Of a DNA stretch of 64,000 bases, positions 26,441-41,339 are shown piece by piece. The stretch's first letter is position 1; each line of letters begins with the position of its first letter. Source of the DNA: Syncephalis fuscata S228 (Eukaryota; Fungi; Zoopagomycota); assembly GCA_025786725.1 (NCBI GenBank), contig JAHLTZ010000008.1, positions 755,656 through 819,655 of the forward strand. The letters are read 5' to 3'. Below the pieces are notes generated by a model, which worked only from the letters and a program-made list of their open reading frames with translations, made no database searches and had not been told where the DNA came from. Both the position numbers and the translations under genes were made by a program.

Positions 26441-29400
26441 CTATAACGCTGATTTATGAGCAAGTGCTAGTAAATTCTCAAATTCTCCCGATCGTTCGCA
26501 TAAATAACGGAAAAGACTATCCGACTTTTTGATGAGTGCCGATGGCGTATCAAATTCAATAAGCCGTCCGGAATCTAGATTGTATTAATGTTAGAATTAA
26601 TGTGTTAGCAATCAATATATTTTACAAACCTAGAACCAGAATACGATCATAATCAATGACTGTACGCAAACGATGTGCAATACAAATAATAGTCGAGTGT
26701 TCAAATTCTTTGCGAATAGTTTGTTGCACAAGAAGATCGGTATCGAAATCAATACTGGCCGTAGCCTCATCCATAATAATAATCTAAAAATAATGATCAA
26801 TATTGTTATTAAAAGCAAACAAAATATCAATCAGTCTACCTTGCTATTGCGAAGTAAAGCACGAGCTAATGCTAGTAGTTGGCGCTGCCCTTGGCTTAGA
26901 TTATCACCATTTTCAGTAACTGGAGCATCTAAATGGCCTAGATTGATGGGTCGTGTTGCTTCATCGTTTCTGCTGACTAGGTGACAGCGTCGAAGTGCAT
27001 TCCAAATAATATGATCATCGTGTTGTGAGAATGGATCGAGATTAGTACGAATTGTACCGCTAAATAGTACCATATCTTGAGGAATAATAGTCAGTCTTGA
27101 GCGTAAATCATGTAGTCCAATTTGACTAATATCAATATTATCAATAATAATCTTGCCCGCCATAGGTTCGACAAATCTAAAAAGTGCTGCTGAAAGAGTT
27201 GATTTACCCGCACCTATAACTAATATTAATATAATTTATTATATTTTTATTGGCATAGCCAGCTTACCAGTTCGACCTACAACGCCAACTCGTTCACCGG
27301 GATAAATGTTAAATGTAACATCTCGAATAACCGGACTTAAATGTAAAGCATAACGAACAAACAAATGTTCCACGGACAGATTGCCATGCATTGGCCACTA
27401 CAGAATTGTTAGGCAAAATTTGCTAATAAATATTTTGTAAATAATTTACCTCATCGGGTGGCCTATAACTTTCAATAATTTCCGGTAATTCTTGTTCTAC
27501 CTGAGAGTACTCAATAACACGTTCAACGGCGTTCATAGTGATCTCGATTTTACTATAGTTTTGCACGGCATACTGAAATAAAACTTAGTTACTAGTCATG
27601 AGATTGCTATATCTGCTTACACTGGCACTCTCTGAGAACATTAGAGCATAAGTCAGAATAAAACCAGCCGTGCTTGCATCGATGCTGTTATGATAAATTA
27701 TGATAAATACGCCAACAAGCAATACTACAAACGCTGCAATCCATCCAATAAGATTAAGCATCCATTGAGTAGACATTGTAAGTAAATAAACTGGGCGATT
27801 CATAGTATCAATACACTCGGATATTTGTGACATGAACCATTGTTGTGTGCCAAAAGCTCGAATCGTAACCACGCCTCTAATAATAATAATGTTATTATTA
27901 TTATTATTATTACAAATTATTAATACATTTATTTAGTATTCTGTAGAGTAATAAAGCATACCTTAATGTCTCGGTTATTTTTGAAAGAAATGGAGATCGA
28001 GAAACCGATTCAATACGCTTAATACTACGAGATGCTTTTAAATAGTATTGAGTGGCTAATACATAAATTATACCTAAATAATTATATTGTCATATTAATA
28101 TGGTGACCTATCTACATTACCACTGTTACTAATAATAACTCACCAATAGAGATGCTAATAGGTATAAAATGTGGCAGTACTACAGCTATAATTGCTAATT
28201 GAAATATAATATTACCAACAGCTGAAATAAGAAAGAATAAATGGGTTGGTAAATCTTGGTCAATCGCATTGATGTCACTACTAAATCGATTAATAATACG
28301 GCCCACTGGTGTTGTGTCAAAGAATCTAATGGTGGCACGTGTAATGCTATTCACTAGATTACCATGTAAACTGTGACTTGCTTTAAGAGCTGCAAAATAT
28401 GTAAAGAAATGTGGCAGTCCAATAAAAGCAAGTGTTATAAGTGTTAATGCAAAATAAATTACAAAATGCCAACGACGATTCTGAGCTGTCGTCTGCTCTC
28501 TTTCGTCCATATACTAAGCCAGTAGCTTTGTAAAGCAAATGTTAATTCATAAAACATATAGATGGAAAATATTGCCGTCCATAGAAGGTAGCCGCCACTT
28601 GCATTAAAGTAGGCACGGTAGATTTTAAATGGCACGCTACCTTCGGCGTATACTTCATCATCGATAAGTCTTCCACCAATAGGCTGGTTATTATATACAT
28701 TCGTACTGGTAGTATTAGTAGCGGCAGTAATAATCGGACCATTATCGTGCTGGTAATCAACCAGTAAATGTGTTGTATTATCTAGATTAGTCGATAAATT
28801 CGTTGGTGTACTAATAGTGGTGGTGGCAGTAGTGGGAATAGCCGCAGTAGACATAGTAGTAGGCGTGGTAACAGTAGGTCGTTGACGTACCGAATTTACA
28901 AAAGATGAAGTACGTCCCACAGGTACTGATGCATCATCGTAAAGTAGCAGTGCCTTTACCAAAACTTCTGAAGCTTGTCCTTGTGACACAATGCATCCAT
29001 CCTGCATTAGAATGGCTAGAGCTGCGTTATGCATACCCATGTCAACATGGTGTGTAACGAGAATACAAGTACGATCACGCATAAGTGGTCCCAGTATGCA
29101 CTTGTCCATAATATGTTTAGCAGTAGGCATATCAACGGCCGAGAAGCAATCGTCCATAATAATATGATTTGCTCGACTGTAGACAGCACGGGCAATGGCA
29201 ATACGTTGACGTAAACCGTTTGACAATGTCACGCCTATTTCGCCAATTTGTGTAGCATCGCCCATATCAAGATTTTCAAAATCCTTTTCAAGGGCACAAG
29301 CATTGCTTACTTGAAGATAGCGCTGTGCATCATACGATTGACCAAATAAAATATTATCACGTATTGATATATTTTGTAGCCATGCTTGTTGTGCAACATA

Positions 29401-31916
29401 AGCTATACAGCTACTCAATGTGCCAGTTTCATCTAGAACGCGCTTTTTACGTGGTAGAAACACTTGGCCGTGAACACATGGCATTTCTAATTTGTAATTA
29501 TGTAATGCTATTAGTCAATACAAATACATTGATATAAACAATACTTACCACCTAAAAGCGCCAGTAACAGTGATGTTTTGCCACTACCTGTTGGACCGGC
29601 TATAACATTTAGTTGACCCACTTGAAATTCGACATTTATATTCTGTAATTTAAATCCCGATAAACTACTCGTACTATTGATATCCATAAACAGTGAATCT
29701 GGACTGATACTCGACCAACAAAACTCGCCATTAACAATACCGATACGATCAGTCTTTCTTTGATGGCCTGAATAGCCAAAACTATCACTACTGGCTGGAA
29801 CATCGGGTTCGGCAAGAAATTCCTCAATTCGTTTGCCACTTACACGACATTGCAACACCCAGAAGAGCATGTCGGGCAATTGTGACATAGCCGATCGTAA
29901 TGAACTAAATAGCATCATTGTTGTAAAGGCTAGTGATGGAGTAAGTACGTGATTAAATCCAACGGCATAGGTGCCCAATGAAACACAAGTAACTAGCATA
30001 GGACCGCCGTAAACACTAGTGGCTATGTACACAAATAAGATATGTCGACGCCACAATAGTTGAAGCTCTTTTGATCGTGCTTTAAATACTCTTTTACAGA
30101 ATTTGTTTTCCCAAGCAAGATATTTAATAATACGCATCGATTGCAACATCTAATCAACACTGATTAATCACTACCAGTAAATTATCTACATTCATTGTAT
30201 ACATACCTCACTTATAACCGATAGCCGACGGTCAGTCGCACTATACAATACTTCATAGAGACCGGTAAGTCGTGCCATCACCATATTCGATAGTACCAGT
30301 AGTAGACCAAAGATAACAAAGCCCACAAGAGTAGCTGGTCCAATCAAGGCCCAAAGAAATACAACTGTAATGCAGACTTGCAATACACTTCCAATTAGAA
30401 CATGTAAGTAACTAAGTGCTTCGCCAATATTCTGTACATCAACATTTAACAGATTAACAATTGCTCCGGTAGCCCATTCCATAGCATTTTCACTGCTAGA
30501 TTTCATTGTCTGTTCAGTATACTGTGTATAACTACTATGGGTACTGGCAGTAGAGGCAATGGTCGGCGGTGTATAGCTAATATTAATCTGTCGAGACAGG
30601 CCTTTTTGATATATTTTGTGCGCTAAAATTGCCTTACTGCGCAACGATAAATGTAAACCGATCATTGTATTCTGCTGCTGTATATTCGAAGCAATAGATT
30701 CACCGAGGAAAAGACCAGCAACACATAGCGATGCATAAAAGTATGAAAATGATTCTAAAGGCGCTTGGATATGATGCAAGAATAGTTGGAGTGATAGTGG
30801 TGTAATGAATACAAAACTACTCCAAAATAATACGTAGAAACATTGTAGAGTAATTTCTTTACGAAATGTCATTAATAAATTTTGTAATAATGACCGACGA
30901 CTAAATTACGTAATTCATTTCATTAATACCAATTAAATAATAAAAGTCTTTTTACTTACTATACATTGTAATATTGATCAAACGCCGTGGCTGAACGATC
31001 CTCTGGTGTTAATTCCCACATATCAGCTCGTTAAGAAAGCGTCTATTGCCGATCTCCATCAATGGTGTAAGCCAGCCAAATGTTAATGAATCGAGTAAAG
31101 TGGCCGATGACTCGAGCGTGGCCATTCGACCTGTCCTAGTGATACGAGCTGGATTTCTTATTAATAATATGCCTATAACAGCAATCTGAGCGCCTAACAA
31201 CATAAATAACATGGGCAAATGCTTTCTATTGGTAAAATGCCATGTATCCTGTGCCATTGCCAACCAGCATTAATAGCAAGCTGATATAAGCAATAACTAA
31301 TAGAACATGCTGATGAACACGTATAAAGGATGTTTCTCTATCCAGTGTTTGCCATAAAACAATTGTTGATAATATGGCCAGATATATCTAATAACAAATA
31401 AGCTATTGTAGATAATACTTTTAGTAACTAAATATTTACCCATACTATAGTATCAGTTAGTGATAGCCATAAGTCTTGTATTCCTTCATATTTTATACTT
31501 TTCCATATTAATAAAAAACTAGATGATACAGTTAATAGACAGCCTGCCAATTTCCATATAGCAGCATTTCTATTTCTGCTCTCGATAATAATATTAATTT
31601 CAAGCGCATGTTCTATCATTGACGTTGCTTTACTACTGTATAACGAAGAATGTCGCGTTCGTCGTGTTGCTGCATCATCGTCATGGTTGTCACTGTAATT
31701 ATTATAATTATTTTCTACTTCTTCTGTAACATCTAACTCGTCGTCTAGTGCAGCTGGCACGGCTCTTAAATGTTCAATCGATTCAAGGGACTCAGTGGAT
31801 AGTCGTCGATAGAGACCTTTCTTTGTATCTCCGTGGCAATAGAACCAACGGATACATAGTAGTAGTATAGAGATAAATATTGAAACTAATGGAATCAGAC
31901 TGCTAAGCATCGTCAT
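26441..31916 (-). CDS. ABCC/MRP-type ABC transporter (YBT1/YCF1-like), multi-exon
   Basis: TMD-NBD-TMD-NBD; Walker A GPTGSGKT and GRTGAGKS, signatures LSNGLRQR and [35 protein letters not shown]; a few probable indels. Confidence 0.93.
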
Positions 31917-33006
31917 TCTTATATAAATATAAATATACAAGTATATAGTATATATATACTACAGCAATTCCTCAACAAAGCTGCTAAGAATGGAATGTGA
32001 TGACGGCAATTGAATGGTAATAAGCAAGTAAATACAGTAAGTATGTAGTAAGTACTTTTGTATTATTTTCATATACAGAAACTATTACTATCACTGTTAT
32101 GACTATTTTAAATGTACGTATAAGCTATGAAAAGAGGAATAAATAGGCAGGTATACATTAAGTAGTGGATATCTTGTTGCGTCATCAGTTAAGGCGACAA
32201 TTCATTGAAATATGAAAATGACGATAATAACTGTGCTAATACTTGCGCTGACGTATACATTTTCAATTAGTCTATTACTATTGCTATAGATAGAATGGCA
32301 GTATACAGTCACGTTAACTAGCGAGTATAGTCAGTAATACCAGTTATACAGTGTGTTCAATTCAAACGGAGTTTTAAAACCACGCCGCTTTGTGTTAATT
32401 CTATTTATTATTACTCTTAAACACACTATAAAATATAGTATAATCAATTAATTTTAATACTTGGCGTCAACATTCTATTTAAATAAAACTACCAGACACA
32501 CTGCTACTCTTTGTTTTTAACTTTAACAAGGCCTTGGCATAAATCGGAGCTACCTTAAAGAACAAAATTATTTCGGCGTTATATTTCGGCGCAAACAGGT
32601 TGAATCAATGATTTCTCGGATTTACTTACTGCATGCATATTTATATATATAGGAAGAGATAGGGCAAGCAGGCAAACGGACTGGCAGTCATACTTTCATC
32701 AGTACACATTCATGTGGCCTATAGCACTCTTACCACTCAGCCACTCATTCTTATATATTTCTCTTGGTTAATCGATTCTTTCATTTTGATTAGTGCTTTA
32801 CTCGACTATAAGCAACTACTGCTATTGCCACTCCTCCCTCTTCTTCTTCTTCTTCGTATTTTCTTCTAAACTTTATTGCTGGTCATTACTGACAAAGCAC
32901 TGCGTTTTCGTGCTTTTGTCTAGTACGCTGAGCAGCTTACTTTATAATTTGATCGAGATTATAGTCTCTGCATAGATTGCCGTTTTATTAACTTGTCTTG
33001 CGTGCC

Positions 33007-35706
33007 ATGTCCCAGTCCCTCTCATCGGCAACTGCAGCGTCCGTTCGGACATCAAAAACTACAACATTCCAGCGATTTGATTATCTAGAACGCTTGCCAA
33101 CTGAATTGCTGGCAAATCTCTTACAGCTAGCAGGTCCCCGTGCGTGTGTCCGTGTAGCATGTGCCTCACGCCGTTTATGGCAAATAGGAGCTGCACACCC
33201 CGCATTGTGGCGCAATCTATATGTAAACTCGTTTCCACTAGACGACAAAGAAATTGAGTGGATAGAATGGTGTAGCGGTATTATAGCGCTAGAAGAAGAA
33301 AAAGAAATATCGGCATATGACAATGATACCAGCGATACTTTGTCAGTTGATTTGCCGACTGCGGATATTCAATCGGGCACAGCATCACCTATTTATGCTC
33401 GGACTACGAATGTGGTATCCTCGCCTCCGCCCGTACTACGCGGGCCACTTGTGCGCTGGTTTTGGCTGTTTCGACGCCGTGTCTACACGGATCGTAATTG
33501 GCGACAAGTAAGCTTTGAATTGAATACTTTACAATTTCCGGGTGCATTTAGCAAGGCAGCCTGGCGTGAGCTTCATATTTGGAAAAGCTCTTTGTCCAAC
33601 ACCATCTTTTTTCTTGATGCCCACGTGTATAATGGCCATACTACGGCAAATCGTGCCATCGACACAGCAAATGACGATATAGACAGCAGCCATAATGATA
33701 TATCCAATATTAATGCGTCAACGCATACTGACATCGATTATTATGATAATTTATCTTTCAATGATAATGATAACGAATATTATGACGATTTTTATGACTC
33801 TTGCGATTCAGATGAAGATGAGAATGAACATGATTACCGATTGGAGAGTGGTGAAGACCTACTACTTTCAAACGCTGACAGCACTAATACAGTTATTGGT
33901 GGCCAACTATTTATACTTCGACATCAACCAGGTGCTACAGTTCAGGAGTTAAATTTGGGCCCTGAATATCTACGATTATCGCTACGGCGTGCTCCTATTG
34001 TTCGTTCCAATAGTCAATATATTGTTGTAGATGGCGATGCTGTTTTAAAAAATAGCGAGCTTATTACAACAAAAAACGATTCTATTAATGAAGTGAATGG
34101 AAATGAATTTACTTGTTTATCTACAGCGCCCAAATCGCCTATTAATCGACCAACAATTCAACGACGTGTTTGGATATGGCGTGTAGGTGAAATGAGCCTA
34201 TTCTTACTTTGTGTAGTCATACTCCAACAAGAAGACCTTCAATGCTTACAGTTAATGAACTGATCGACGGCCCTTCATCATCTGCACATATCGAATTGAT
34301 GTTTGCTGATTTAATGAGTAATTGGCTTTTATGTAGAAGGACAAAAGGCGTAGCGAATGAACTGAAAACTGATCATATATTATACGATTTATCTCAATAC
34401 ACGGGTAAATCGGCATCTACAGCAGATGAACATATCATTGCGTCTTTAGCTGAGGATGCAACGGCGGTTCATTTTCAACGAATTTCTCGCAATGCAGCAG
34501 CCATCGATAAATACGGCCAAGTAAATAGGACAGGGACACGTAAAACGGGCGATTCAACTACAGGTATATTTGTTTACTCGCACAATTACATTAGTGACAA
34601 TACTGCAACCAGTAAAGCCAATAGTCAAGTGGATAGCAAAGATAATGTATCACAACAGTTTAAATCATTAGCATGGCGTGTTGATGCTATTTATCACACG
34701 GAAAAGAATACGACAGTTAAATGTGTAGCATCGGGTATTTGCAAAGACTTACTAACCAATGAAATAACACAAAGTCAACCATTACTCGCCTCGCGTATTG
34801 ATGATGATCGCGTACTATTCCAGGTACAGTCGCTCATTCTAGATACAGTATGGCTGGCTGTACTTTCGTACGTGATGGTGGCAATATACTTTGGCAACAA
34901 CATGGCAATTTCTATCGTCTTGAATTATACACTGGCTATGGATTCGTAGCAGTCAACTCGACTATAGACGAAGAAGAAGCCATAGATACACCTAGCACGT
35001 CTGCTACCTCTTTAGCTATGCCTATACACGCTATTTCATCTTCATCCTCCCCCTCCTCTTCTTCTAACTATGTTAAATCAAATACAACTTACATGGTATC
35101 CGATTTAGCTGGTCCTTTTGAAAACTGTTGCGATGACGCTGTTTGCAGGCGGCTAACTTATGGTAGTGAGTCATTTTATCTGAACAAAATTTAGAATTAA
35201 TTAATCCGTCCTCAACGACTGCTCATGCACCAATGAACGATGAAGTACCGGAAATGGCCAGTGTCTCCTCTCGAACTGTCGTATTATCGCCTGATAATGG
35301 CAATTCGATAGATGATGGCAAAAAACACGTAGCAGAACACGGCGATCTTTCAGACATCAATCAAGAACAGCGACAATCATTTATACAATTACTATGTTTA
35401 GCCCATGGCCGTCCACTTCGACAGCCTATGCGTTTTAACGGACTTTGTCGCGCTACACGGATTATCGGCTCGATTGGTCTTACTACCCCAGCATCCGCGG
35501 CAGAATGGTATTTCTGCGTAACAGATATTGCTACGGGCCTTCCCTTATCACGGTTGGATTTCGTACAACGCGGTCGCAATCCAAAAGGACAAATTTGTTC
35601 CACCTATTCGGTTATGGTAGATGAGGATCGTCCGGGCTATTGCTGGGTTTTCAATTTCAGCGAGTCAAGCTCCAAGCCGATTAGCAACAATAATTTGCCT
35701 ATTTAA
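33007..35706 (+). CDS. F-box domain protein (broken by apparent frameshifts at ~34200, ~34860, ~35200)
   Basis: LERLPTELLANLLQLAGPRACVRVACASRRLWQI...LWRNLY F-box motif; four abutting ORFs without clear introns. Confidence 0.75.
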
Positions 35707-35977
35707 TTATTCGTATTCGTTTTTAACAGCGTTTGATACTATTTAATTTCCATTTTCTTATTACTTGACGAATAACAGTTTATTATCCATTCATTAAAAT
35801 AAAATAGTTATATGATTATATTAATATTTCAATTGTACATAATAACGTCATGGCTATTTAGCTTACAACTGCATTTTCAGTATAAATGAAAAATAAATTG
35901 AATACATACTTAATGTAAACAACGTTAGTTTAAATACACATAATGCATTCAATTAAATTCCAGGCTCAATAAGCAAT

Positions 35978-37262
35978 TTATTTCATGTTAGCAAATCCTA
36001 ATAAAGCCAAAACATCATTTGGTATCGCACAGCCATAGCTACTATCATATAGTTTTTTCATGGCTTTAACAAGAGGATATAATACTTTTGCATATGGTTC
36101 ATCCATTTTACTAGGATATTGAGGTTTTCTATCATATACGACTCCATAACGCTTATCAGGTGAAACCGATAAACCTTTTGCTGTTGCATCAAAAATGCCG
36201 CTTATCATTTCAAATGACCCTTGAACTATGTCATCGAATTCATCAATAATCACTGCCTCGGTAATTGCAAAATGAATTGTTGTACTAAATAGTGAATTGC
36301 CGATGTTGCAATACCGTTTTTGGTCATGTCCATTTATCATATCAAGGTTTGTATATGGTGCCAATTCTAAAGTTTTTTGGATGCTGCCATAGATAAAACT
36401 TACACAGTCGTAATCAATAATGGTTGCCTGAACCATATTGTTTTTAGCATTAACATACACCATAACATCTACATTAACTAATTAGCATGCTGTTTGTAAT
36501 CACTATGCAACTTACTTTCATGATCTATATCATAGTGTATAATACCAACTCGACGTAAATACAGCATGCCTATATTCAATTATAGCAATTAATGATTTAT
36601 CGCTCGAATATAAAATACTCACCTTGCGTTACTTGATAAAATATTTGAGGTAGATACTGAGCTTTCTGTTGCCAGGTTTTATCAATAATGAATTCTTTTA
36701 ATGTTGCACCAGGAGCACGCGTGTAGATAAAGCAGTTATCTTTTGTTTCTTTGGGGAAATTAGGATGCGGAACATTAAATCGTTTTAATGGATGCATAAT
36801 ATTGTGTTTTCCTGGTATGTTGTATTTTGGATGATTTATGAGTCTAATCAATATCTAACTGTCATGTAAGTCAATGGTATTTCTGCTCCAGTAAAATCAT
36901 TACCTCAAAAGCTTTAGTTTCTTCTATGGCGTCATCACTACTTTCTACGCATTTAACGAAGGCATTTTTGTTATTCCATTGTGTATAACCAAGGCTTTTT
37001 TCAGGAGTTGCATAACTCCATTTGACTGGCCTATCCACCGGCAATCCAAGCTTTTCTCAATTTTCTGGATCATTTAAATACTCTTGCCAGCTCCATTAGA
37101 CAGAATTTTATCTAACAAACACATATTTATGTCAGTACTAATAATAACTATAATATGTAGTTTACCATTAGTTTTGCCGCCTATAGCACCACTTATTGGT
37201 ATGCTGGATAGGGTCACAATTGTACAAGCAGCAGCAATAATAAAAACATTAGTCTTGATCAT
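35978..37262 (-). pseudogene. Inverted near-identical paralog of the 24837-26122 secreted kinase-like gene, apparently disabled
   Basis: Exons 3-5 almost identical to the + copy; exon 2 has a 1-bp deletion (~37082) and a CGA->TGA nonsense codon (37057-37059). Confidence 0.7.
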
Positions 37263-38849
37263 ATTGAAAACTGGATTTTTGCCTATGTATTTTTTTTAAG
37301 TAGAATTTGAAGTGTAGAATTGTTTGAAATTTTGAAGATAATTGCAGATTATTGTAGAATTTATAGTTAGCCGATTGTAACTCAGCTGACATTGATAGAA
37401 AGTATGCTGCTTATTAGTATGAAATGCAAAATGACGCACTCTAAGCATCAATTTTATTTATTTCATTCCACGATGGTTCCTAAATGCAACGTGGCATGAT
37501 GATTAAACCAGAATGATATATTTCAAAGCATGGCTATTGCCTATTTTGAATATATATAGTCATTAACATAGTATATGGAAATTCAAAAGGCTTAGCACGT
37601 GTAACTTTCGGTACTTTTTAAAAATTTGTTAATCACCATATTTTATTGAAGGGAGTTTAGAAAAATAGATTGTTTTTTAATTTATTGTAATAAATTCAAT
37701 AAATAAAATAGACCGTTTTAAAATTTATTTATTGAAATACACCTTTTTGAAAATCTATTAAATGTCTACCAAACTAGTTAAAGAAGCTATGTTTAACAGT
37801 ATCAAAAACTGAGTGTTGTTGTTGACGAGTTTAAGCTTGTTAATGGTTGCAATTTTAATAGGAAAAATAGTGATTCAAAATTACAATTATCTGTCTTTAT
37901 AAGATTATTCTAGCAACAAATGTCAGTTTGTTTTGACTGCCAGAAAGCAAAAAACTAGCTTGTTGTTAAAAATTATTCAATGCAATCTTAAGCATTTTAA
38001 TGGCTGTCCATATGCTTCTGGTAATGATATTATTAAATTTATTATTAAATTATTAAAATACTGCAGTTACATTTTTAGATGTAAAACCAAACTATGTACA
38101 AATAAAAGTATTAAGTATGTACATATTTGATTATTTAATATACACTAACAATCGTAATAGCTTAATAGGTGTTATTATTTTTTATTACAAAGCTTAGTCT
38201 GCCTTTGATACAATAAACAAGAATGACATTTTACTGTTCTATAATTCCGGACAGGGTCTTGTGAAAGTGTGACCAAGAGATATACCATGTGATTGGATCA
38301 CCAGTTAAAGTGCATGTGATTGATTACAAAATAATATACTATCGGATATTAGCACCGATTACTAGTAACAAATGCCTATTACGACAATATGACGTGTAGC
38401 TACTTGTTAGTTGTAAGCATATGAGCAGTCATCTGAACTAATATGCTGCGCTAATGATCAAATACTACAAGGCATTCCAGTTCTATTATTAGCTATGTTT
38501 ACTATATAATAATAGCTTTATTCAATATCAATAAAGAAATAATCAAGTTTCTAGTCCAACATTATTTCTACTTAGTGTCATACAAGTTATTCAGTTTATT
38601 ATAGTTAAACTGTGGTAATTAACGACCAATAAGGAATAGTTTTATTATAAAAGCAATACAACCAAACAACACATTGTATTCTGAGCGTTAATGTAAGCGT
38701 TAATAAGCATCAGAAATTAACGTTATAGGATGGCGACAGGATAATGTGTTGCTTGGTCATCTAAGTTGCAATTTTTAAAACTAGAAGCGTAACAATGGTG
38801 AAATTTAAAAACGACGTATATTGCTGATTTTTTCTTTATTCAAGCAAAT

Positions 38850-39600
38850 TATATAAAAAACAATGATAAATATGTTTAACGGCTAAAGCACCAGGTTGCA
38901 GAGTGTGCTAACACCGATGGTATGAGCTGGTGTTAATTTTTGGTGTTAAAAAGGCGTTTTTAATTAATTAATGTTATCAATAAATGGTGTTGAGTGCGCA
39001 ATCAAAGTATTATTAAATATTGCTATGTTGCACCCATTTACCCTTCCACCTATCTTATAATTAAACCATTGGCAATTACCAATTGCCCATGTTTTCTCAA
39101 ATATGCTGTAGTCATTGGTACGTATTGCCAGCTTTAAGTGACTCTAGATTTGATTTATAGCTTTACTTTGCCATCTGGCAAACATAGAATAATGGTACCT
39201 TTTTCTTATCAGATAATGCCTTGGCGTGTGCCCTGTATATTTGCCATATTGCTGACGCCGCAATACTTTGATTTCTAGAATGGATTTGTTCCATACCCAC
39301 AGTCCATTCAAAACATCCGCCAGCTCTAGCGGTATTGATTGGCACGGTGGTGTACAAATCCGGTCCAAAAATTTATCAACCACCCCCAAAAATTCCTAAA
39401 TGTGTTTACACCCATAAAAGCAGCGTTGTAATGTTTTTGTGTATGAAAGGCATATTGAACACATTGGTTATTTTGTACTTCATAGCACCAATTGCACAAT
39501 AGGTTGCCATATACATATATATATGGTTTGTACCATTGTTTGTAAGTTTGTCTTCAATAGTCATAGTTGATACAAAGCCACGTCTTCATTTAATGGTTCT
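38850..39600 (-). mobile_element. 5'-truncated, decayed non-LTR retrotransposon (LINE) 3' end, copy 1
   Basis: Mosaic reverse-strand translation C..C...TLQRCFYGCKHI*EF.GVVDKFLDRI...SAIWQIYRAH...FARWQS...FEKTWAIG resembles the CCHC (zf-RVT) end of ORF2; 5' limit uncertain. Confidence 0.65.
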
Positions 39601-40027
39601 AATTGCTGATAGTAACAACTAGGCCCATTTTTACTGTCAGTAAAGACCAGCGACCCTAATAGAAGCAGCATGTTTCAAATAGCAGCTATAGTTATGTATC
39701 AAATTACGTGCAATGACAAGGAGATAAAAGGCGAACAAGCAATACCTCACCAGGTAGAATAGACACCTAAGGCGGACCTCAATAAAGCGCTGCTTGTCTA
39801 GTCATTATTACATTTTATATCAAGATAGCTAAACAACCATGCTATTTGCTAATATTCATCTGATTCATATGACAGTAATTAATATTAAGCATCAATTTTT
39901 ATTCATGCTAATTTAATTTTAAAATAGACATAATGGGTTGGCTAAGCCATATACAAACATCATAGTACTTAACTTGTGACACTGTTTTGTGTATTTATAG
40001 CATCGCAGCACAATGTATTGGACATTA

Positions 40028-40220
40028 AATAGGTAAATAAGCACTACAAAGACATGCACTACGTGTGGTTATTATTGATTCTTTTTTAGAAAGCAGCAAT
40101 AGAATGATTTGACAACTTGTATTGAACGTTAAATAGATAAACGAGCACTGTAAAGACGCGCACTGCATGTGGTTTATTATTGGCTATTCTTTAAAAACAG
40201 CAATAAAATGATTTGACAAC
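40028..40220 (+). repeat. ~103-bp diverged tandem duplication upstream of the small secreted protein gene
   Basis: AAATAG.TAAA..AGCACT..AAAGAC..GCACT...TGTGGTTTATTATTG...GCAATA.AATGATTT(T)GACAAC occurs twice. Confidence 0.8.
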
Positions 40221-40610
40221 CGAACTGTTTACTAAATACTATGGAGTAAAAATAATATATTGCAAACAATAGATTTTAAATATACAAATATAATAAGTGG
40301 CACCATTTGATGTTTATACCTGTTAGGTAGCTAATGGCATTTGTAACATTCTGCGGTAATATACCTGCAAAGTCTGCTGTCTATCAATCTTCCTAACCTG
40401 TTCTTTACAATAAATACTTGTGTACGGTGCATACTCCGTTTGATTGGAATGTATCAAGTTGCCTATAAAATGGCATCTCATTAGCACAGGATCTCGTTTA
40501 CAACATTCCACTTGAACAGTCTTTACCAGCCTCTCACTTTTCTATACTCTTACTTTCTGCTTTAAGCACGCCTGATTTTTGTCAACACAACCACCTATAC
40601 ATTTAACAAC

Positions 40611-41102
40611 ATGTTGCACTACTCAAAGATATTGGCCATTGCCACCGTTTTAGCCGTTGTTCCATGGGTCAGTGCTGGTAAGTAGTTCTGATTTTATGTT
40701 ACATTCTACTTACTTGTCAATCTAGATATTGTTGAAATTAACTCACCGGCACAATATAGCAGCCAATGTATCGGCAAGCCAATAAAAATTGCATACGATG
40801 TCTTATATAGAGATATGGCCATAATGACATCAGTTAAAGTCAACTTTGTTTCAGTAAACGGTAAAACTCGCTTCCTTAACATAGCCAACAGTAAACGACC
40901 ATCAGGCGCTGGATCATGGAAATATAGCAAGAGCTGGCCTACATCCGCAAACCTTACTCCTGGCGACTACAAAATTGAATTCAATGGTAAAGCTGTCATA
41001 AGAAAAATACCAAGTCCAGGCGAGAAATATACCGATATTAATAGCGAGGAATATACCGATATTAATAGCGAGCAATTAATCAAACTGGTTAAATGTCACT
41101 AA
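40611..41102 (+). CDS. Small secreted protein (~150 aa, beta-sandwich-like), one intron
   Basis: Signal peptide MLHYSKILAIATVLAVVPWVSA, intron ~40678-40725, mature DIVEINSPAQYSSQCIGKPIKIAY...LTPGDYKIEF...KLVKCH; not captured in full by the ORF track. Confidence 0.8.
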
Positions 41103-41339
41103 TATTAAATGCTGTATTGAAACATTAGCATTAGTATTTTCAAGCTTTATTTGCGTAATAAATTGCTCTATTAATGACAGACAACTTAATATAATCAAAT
41201 ACGTTATAAATTTTTATAATTATACAGTGTATACTTGCTGATACAAATGCTGTATTATAAACAATTTACAAACAACGACATGGCGCGGTCATGTATTTTT
41301 TTAAAATAGTGTCAATTGCCATATTTTATTTAGATAAAA

